Shown piece by piece: positions 59,929-64,000 of a stretch of 64,000 nucleotides of DNA. This stretch comes from Candidatus Shapirobacteria bacterium (lineage in GTDB: Bacteria; Patescibacteriota; Microgenomatia; UBA12405). Below the pieces are notes generated by a model, which saw nothing but the letters and a program-made list of their open reading frames with translations, was not told the origin of the DNA and ran no database searches. The stretch is from NCBI GenBank assembly GCA_041661765.1, contig JBAZTV010000001.1:7755-71754 (forward strand), in the 5' to 3' direction. How positions within the stretch are numbered: position 1 is the first letter of the stretch; each line of letters opens with the position of its first letter. Made by a program: the position numbers and the translations under genes.

Positions 59929-60843
59929 TTAATTATTAGAAATAATTCTAATTGGTTGAACTATTTGTTCATTTAAATCTATATTAACTCTATCAAAATT
60001 ATAACCATCTTTTTCCGCAATTATCAGATATCTACCATTTGCCAAAGGAGTTGTTATTTTAAATTGACCTAAAGAATTTGTTTTTAATACCCTTGAAGGG
60101 TTTCCTTGTTCATCTTGGACTTCAATAATTACTCCATCAATTATCGCTCCCTCCATATTCGTTGCCATACCCACTATTACATTAGGTACTTCTGGAATAT
60201 CTGGCATTGGAATAGAGCCAAAAATTGCTTTTCCTGTCGCTCCTAATTTTTCTGTTTTAAGATTTAAATTTGCTTTTTGATCTTTCCAATCTTCTACTTT
60301 TTCTTCAACTTTTTCACTCGGACTTACTTCTACTGCTAGTTTTTTTTCAGTGATTATTTTTTTAATTTCAGGTTTTGCTTCAAGTTCTATATTAATTTCT
60401 TCTTTAGTTCCACCTTTTTTTATTCCAATTACACCTATTGCATCTTTTAATTTATTTCCCCAAAGATTAGATTTTAATCGTCCTCCAGTCATTACAATAT
60501 CATCTTCATTCTGGTTTATATTTTTTGTTAAATCTAAATCAAGCCAATTTTTATTAGCCTTTCTCCGATAAATATAAATTGTTGGTGAATAAATTGCTTT
60601 TAAAAATGAAAAAATCCATACTTCCAATGGTCTATCCTCGAAAGGTATAAAAGCCAAAACTAATCCACCCCCAGCAAAAAGTAATATTAACGGCCACTTT
60701 ACCAAAATTATTAATTTAGTTGAATTAATCATTATTGCCAAAACTATTCCCACTGCCGCCTTCAAAAATTGCTTCAACGTCATATCTCCCACAAGTTTAA
60801 ATTCATAGGATGATATTTGCTGTGGAATCGCGTGCTGTTCCAT
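59929..60843 (-). CDS. Bitopic/2-TM membrane protein with an extracytoplasmic carboxypeptidase-regulatory-like beta-sandwich (NGRYLIIAEKDGYNF)
   Basis: N-terminal hydrophobic helices, then a soluble domain. First gene of the virB4-containing minus-strand block. Confidence 0.4.
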   Translation of the reverse strand: MEQHAIPQQISSYEFKLVGDMTLKQFLKAAVGIVLAIMINSTKLIILVKWPLILLFAGGGLVLAFIPFEDRPLEVWIFSFLKAIYSPTIYIYRRKANKNWLDLDLTKNINQNEDDIVMTGGRLKSNLWGNKLKDAIGVIGIKKGGTKEEINIELEAKPEIKKIITEKKLAVEVSPSEKVEEKVEDWKDQKANLNLKTEKLGATGKAIFGSIPMPDIPEVPNVIVGMATNMEGAIIDGVIIEVQDEQGNPSRVLKTNSLGQFKITTPLANGRYLIIAEKDGYNFDRVNIDLNEQIVQPIRIISNN

Positions 60844-60932
60844 CCTTTAATTCTACCAGTAAACGGTTTAATTTAAAATAAAAATGAAGTCGCCCTGTCA
60901 AGGGAGATGTCCGAAGGACAGAGGGTTTTAAT

Positions 60933-61886
60933 TTGATAAACTACCTTATGTCAAAATTAGTCATTGTTGATGGTCATGCCATTATTCATCGAGCCTATCA
61001 TTCAATTCCACCCTTAACTTCCAATGGTCAACCCGTCAATGCTCTCTACGGTTTTTACTCCATGCTTCTCACTGCCATAAACACTCTTAATCCTAAATAT
61101 TTAGTCGTTTGCCTCGATTCTCCCGGTCCTAATTTTCGCAACCATGAATTTTTAGGTTATCGGGCTAAACGTAAACCAGCAGATTCTGATTTAATTTCTC
61201 AATTACCATTACTAGAATCAACCTTAAAACAGGCTGAAATTACCACTTTTTCTATGGGAGGGTTTGAAGCCGATGATTTAATTGCCACTATTACTGCCAA
61301 AGCTCTCAAAAAAATAAATAAAAATAAGCGAAAGTTGATTGACGAAATTATCATTATCACTGGTGATAAAGATTTAATGCAATTAGTCGACAAAAAGGTT
61401 TCTCTTTTTGTCCCTATTCGCGGTCTTTCGGAAACTAAAATGTTTAAACCAAATGATGTCGAAGAAAAACTCGGAGTTTTACCTACTCAAGTTATCGACC
61501 TAAAGGCTCTAATGGGAGATATGTCCGACAATTACCCTGGTGTTGCTGGCATCGGTCCTAAAGTCGCCACTGATCTCCTTTCTGAATATCAAAATTTAGA
61601 CAATATTTATCAAAATTTAGACAATATTAAACCATCCATTAGGGAAAAATTAGAAAATAGTAAAGATAATGCCTATCTTTCGCAAAAATTAGCCACGCTT
61701 ATCAGTAATATTCCTCTCAATTTTAAACTTTCTTCCGCTAGATGGACCCCAACCTCTTTCACTAATTTAATTTCTCTCTTTAAAACCTTTAATTTTAAAT
61801 CTTTAGTTCAACGAGTTGAAAAACAAAATCCAATTAAAATTAATCATAAAAATGAAATCCAAACACACCAAACCTCACTATTCTAA
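60933..61886 (+). CDS. Stand-alone 5'-3' exonuclease (FEN-like, the PolA N-terminal domain family)
   Basis: LVIVDGHAIIHRAYHS...; acidic clusters (GFEADDLIATI, ITGDKDLMQL); H3TH-like GIGPKVATDLL. Confidence 0.8.
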   Translation: MINYLMSKLVIVDGHAIIHRAYHSIPPLTSNGQPVNALYGFYSMLLTAINTLNPKYLVVCLDSPGPNFRNHEFLGYRAKRKPADSDLISQLPLLESTLKQAEITTFSMGGFEADDLIATITAKALKKINKNKRKLIDEIIIITGDKDLMQLVDKKVSLFVPIRGLSETKMFKPNDVEEKLGVLPTQVIDLKALMGDMSDNYPGVAGIGPKVATDLLSEYQNLDNIYQNLDNIKPSIREKLENSKDNAYLSQKLATLISNIPLNFKLSSARWTPTSFTNLISLFKTFNFKSLVQRVEKQNPIKINHKNEIQTHQTSLF

Positions 61887-63105
61887 AGAAAAGTCGCCCC
61901 TGTCAAAGGGAGATGCCCGCAGGGCAGAGGGGTTTGTTCCAAAAATAGTTTTAGTCCAAGACTACATCAAAGAATTCGGAGGTGCTGAGTCCGTTCTCGA
62001 AACATTATCTGAAATTTTCCCTAAAGCTCCTATTTACACCACTCTCTATAAACCAGAATTTCTTGGTCCTCATCAATCTCGTCTCCAAAAAAAATGGGAG
62101 AGCCGGGTCCATCAAAGCTTTTTTCAATATATTCCTTTTGTCCACAAAATCATCAGCCCTCTTCGTCTTTTATCTCCCTTAGCCTTTAAATCTTTTGATT
62201 TTTCTAAGTTCGACATCATTATTACTTCAGCCACTGGTGCCTATTTCCCTAATTTAATTAACAAAAAAAGTGCCAAATTAGTTTGTTATTGCCACACTCC
62301 ACCTCGTTATCTTTATGGTCTTCCTACTGCTCGTAACTTCACTAAAAATAAATTCATTTATGCCTTAATTCAGGTTTTAAATCACCTTTTGAGAATTATC
62401 GATTTCAAATCTTCCCAAAATGTTGACCAATTTATCGCCAATTCTCAAACCACCGCCGACCGCATCAAAAAATTCTACCGCCGCGATTCCATCATTATTA
62501 ATCCGCCTATTGAAACAATAAAAGAAAAGGCGAGCGATGGTGATGTTTCCGCGCGCAATATCCGAGGTGCACTACCGAAGGGCGTGAGCACGGAAAAATT
62601 ATCATCCGAGCCATATTTCTTAACCGGTGGCCGATTAGCTCGTGCCAAACGTTACGACATCGCCATTCAAGCCTGCAATCAATTAAATTTAAAATTAAAA
62701 ATTTTCGGCCGTGATTTTGCCAATTTTTCCGATGAATTAAAAGCCATGGCTGGCCCTACTATTGAATTTTTAGGTGAAGTTACTCAAGACCAAAAAGACC
62801 TACTTTATTCCCAAGCCCAAGCTTTTATTTTTTGTTCCGACAACGAAGATTTTGGCATGGTTCCAGTCGAATCTATGGCCCATGGCTGTCCAGTCATTGC
62901 CTATAAAAGTGGGGGAACCACTGAGACTGTTATCGACAGTAAAACTGGTGTTTTTTTTGATGAATTAACCCCTAAATCATGTGCCACCGCCATTCAAAAA
63001 TTTCAAAAATTAAAAATCAATTCCAAAGACTGCATTTCCCGCGCTGCCGATTTCTCCACCGAAAAATTTGTTTCCAAAATTAAAAAACTAGTTTTTAGCC
63101 TTTAA
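61816..63105 (+). CDS. GT4-family (GT-B) glycosyltransferase. The start is uncertain: the track ORF overlaps the exonuclease by 70 nt, and the N-terminus and one internal loop are repeat-encoded.
   Basis: C-terminal EX7E-type motif ...FCSDNEDFGMVPVESMAHGCPVIAYKSGGTTETV. KSPLSKGDARRAEGFVP (61895..61940) and SARNIRGALPKGVST (62551..62593) are repeat translations. Confidence 0.65.
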   Translation: MKNKIQLKLIIKMKSKHTKPHYSKEKSPLSKGDARRAEGFVPKIVLVQDYIKEFGGAESVLETLSEIFPKAPIYTTLYKPEFLGPHQSRLQKKWESRVHQSFFQYIPFVHKIISPLRLLSPLAFKSFDFSKFDIIITSATGAYFPNLINKKSAKLVCYCHTPPRYLYGLPTARNFTKNKFIYALIQVLNHLLRIIDFKSSQNVDQFIANSQTTADRIKKFYRRDSIIINPPIETIKEKASDGDVSARNIRGALPKGVSTEKLSSEPYFLTGGRLARAKRYDIAIQACNQLNLKLKIFGRDFANFSDELKAMAGPTIEFLGEVTQDQKDLLYSQAQAFIFCSDNEDFGMVPVESMAHGCPVIAYKSGGTTETVIDSKTGVFFDELTPKSCATAIQKFQKLKINSKDCISRAADFSTEKFVSKIKKLVFSL

Positions 63106-63516
63106 TTTTCTCCATTCTTCATTCATTGCTTTATCTAGTGTTACCAGATCAACTTTATTTTTTTTACAATAATCCAATAAGATTAAATCCACCAAACCCA
63201 TTTTATTGTCTTTATATAAATTATCAAATACTTTTCCATCAAAATCTAATTTAGTTTCATTAATAAAACCAAAAATTTTATTATTCAACATGCTTATTTT
63301 TATTTTTTTGAGATCATTCTTTAAAATTCTCTTATATTTTAAAATTGACAACGTTTCAATTAAAACTAATAAATGAATCAAAGGTCTATCGTTCTTTTTT
63401 TGTAGTTTTTGAAAAATATCTACCGCTTTATCGTGCTGGCGATCATTAACATCATAAAAAGCAATCCATACACAGCTGTCAACTAATATTTTATTTTTTT
63501 CCATATAATATCTCAT
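63088..63516 (-). CDS. vapC: PIN-domain ribonuclease toxin (VapC-like)
   Basis: ILVDSCVWIAFYDVNDRQHDKA... with conserved acidic residues in a PIN arrangement. Overlaps the upstream small gene by 26 nt. Confidence 0.65.
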   Translation of the reverse strand: MRYYMEKNKILVDSCVWIAFYDVNDRQHDKAVDIFQKLQKKNDRPLIHLLVLIETLSILKYKRILKNDLKKIKISMLNNKIFGFINETKLDFDGKVFDNLYKDNKMGLVDLILLDYCKKNKVDLVTLDKAMNEEWRKLKAKN

Positions 63517-63790
63517 CTATTCTCATACTATAATTCGTTTTTTTATTACCTTTCGGTTGTGTTGCCCAAATTTTTTCCAAATCATTCCAAAATCCATCCC
63601 AATTAGGTTTCCATTTTTTTGATTTTATTTGTGGAAATACTTTTGCCACCACCACATTCCCTCTTTTTACATTAATCGTTCCCTGACCAGCAATCATTTG
63701 GTCAATATAATTAGAGATGTTATTTCTAAAATCAGATATTTGTACTGTAATTGTCATTTGTACAAAAATTTTATCAAATTTGTACATCAA
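63491..63790 (-). CDS. Antitoxin-like small protein (Phd/YefM or VapB-type) paired with the PIN toxin
   Basis: 99 aa. N-terminal MTITVQISDFRNNISNYIDQMIAGQG resembles the Phd/YefM antitoxin fold; gene-pair architecture. Confidence 0.5.
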   Translation of the reverse strand: MMYKFDKIFVQMTITVQISDFRNNISNYIDQMIAGQGTINVKRGNVVVAKVFPQIKSKKWKPNWDGFWNDLEKIWATQPKGNKKTNYSMRIDEILYGKK

Positions 63791-63799
63791 GTCAATAAC

Positions 63800-64000
63800 T
63801 TAGCCTTTCAACCATTTTTGTGTCTCCAATGCCGCTCGACAGCCTTCACCCGCCGCCAGAATTGCTTGTCGATGATTTTCATTCACACAATCTCCAGCTG
63901 CAAAAATCCCTTCCATACTAGTCATAGTTACTAATTTTTCATTTTTACCTACTATTATTTGACCTGTTTCTCTTAACTCTACCAATCCCTCCAAAAATTT
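63800..64000 (-). CDS. trxB: C-terminal fragment of a thioredoxin-reductase-like FAD/NAD(P) oxidoreductase (the gene continues past the window edge)
   Basis: ...GQIIVGKNEKLVTMTSMEGIFAAGDCVNENHRQAILAAGEGCRAALETQKWL is the TrxB C-terminal signature (GIFAAGD...A.G.G..AA). Confidence 0.6.
   Translation of the reverse strand, partial: KFLEGLVELRETGQIIVGKNEKLVTMTSMEGIFAAGDCVNENHRQAILAAGEGCRAALETQKWLKG

Overview
This window looks like a compact, low-GC (roughly 35%) bacterial chromosome segment with a CPR/Patescibacteria-like gene repertoire; that taxonomic guess is inference from gene content and style, not from a search. The standard genetic code fits, because many ORFs longer than 400 aa are intact.

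Main content, in order:
- A 5'-truncated giant repeat-rich surface protein, and a second protein sharing its unusual C-terminal domain ending in WWIIN.
- Core genes rho, radA and an S1-domain (rpsA-like) protein.
- A partial rRNA operon on the minus strand: tRNA-Ala(TGC), 23S and 5S, with no 16S. The tRNA-Ile(GAT) that normally sits in the spacer lies 4.5 kb away.
- A DedA membrane protein and a GH18-like hydrolase.
- A cluster of three RimK-like ATP-grasp ligases, one of them fused to a retropepsin-like protease, next to a 7TM membrane protein.
- A tandem array of six small two-helix VirB2/TrbC-like pilin paralogues, followed by a SpoIID-like lytic enzyme and a VirB6-like polytopic membrane protein.
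- ftsH, polysaccharide genes (flippase, Wzy-like, GT4), and the canonical origin neighbourhood jag-yidC-yidD-rnpA-rpmH followed by dnaA-dnaN with DnaA boxes.
- A second T4SS-like block with a VirB4 ATPase and a membrane NlpC/P60 hydrolase, a 5'-3' exonuclease, and a vapBC-like pair at the right edge.

The most striking feature of the sequence is a dense population of structured palindromic repeats, more than 50 copies and about one per kb. The main family has a conserved TTGTCAAGG-type loop, variable CT-rich/GA-rich stems, a second variable hairpin and a terminal GAGGGTTTT. Other families have a GTAG leader followed by a perfect palindrome. These repeats occupy nearly every intergenic region. 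They are also inserted in-frame into many protein-coding genes, including rho, radA, rpsA, virB4, the GT4 gene, an ATP-grasp gene and the Wzy-like gene, where they produce recurring peptide motifs such as PSLDRAG, SP(L/F)xKGD and GQTQGSA.
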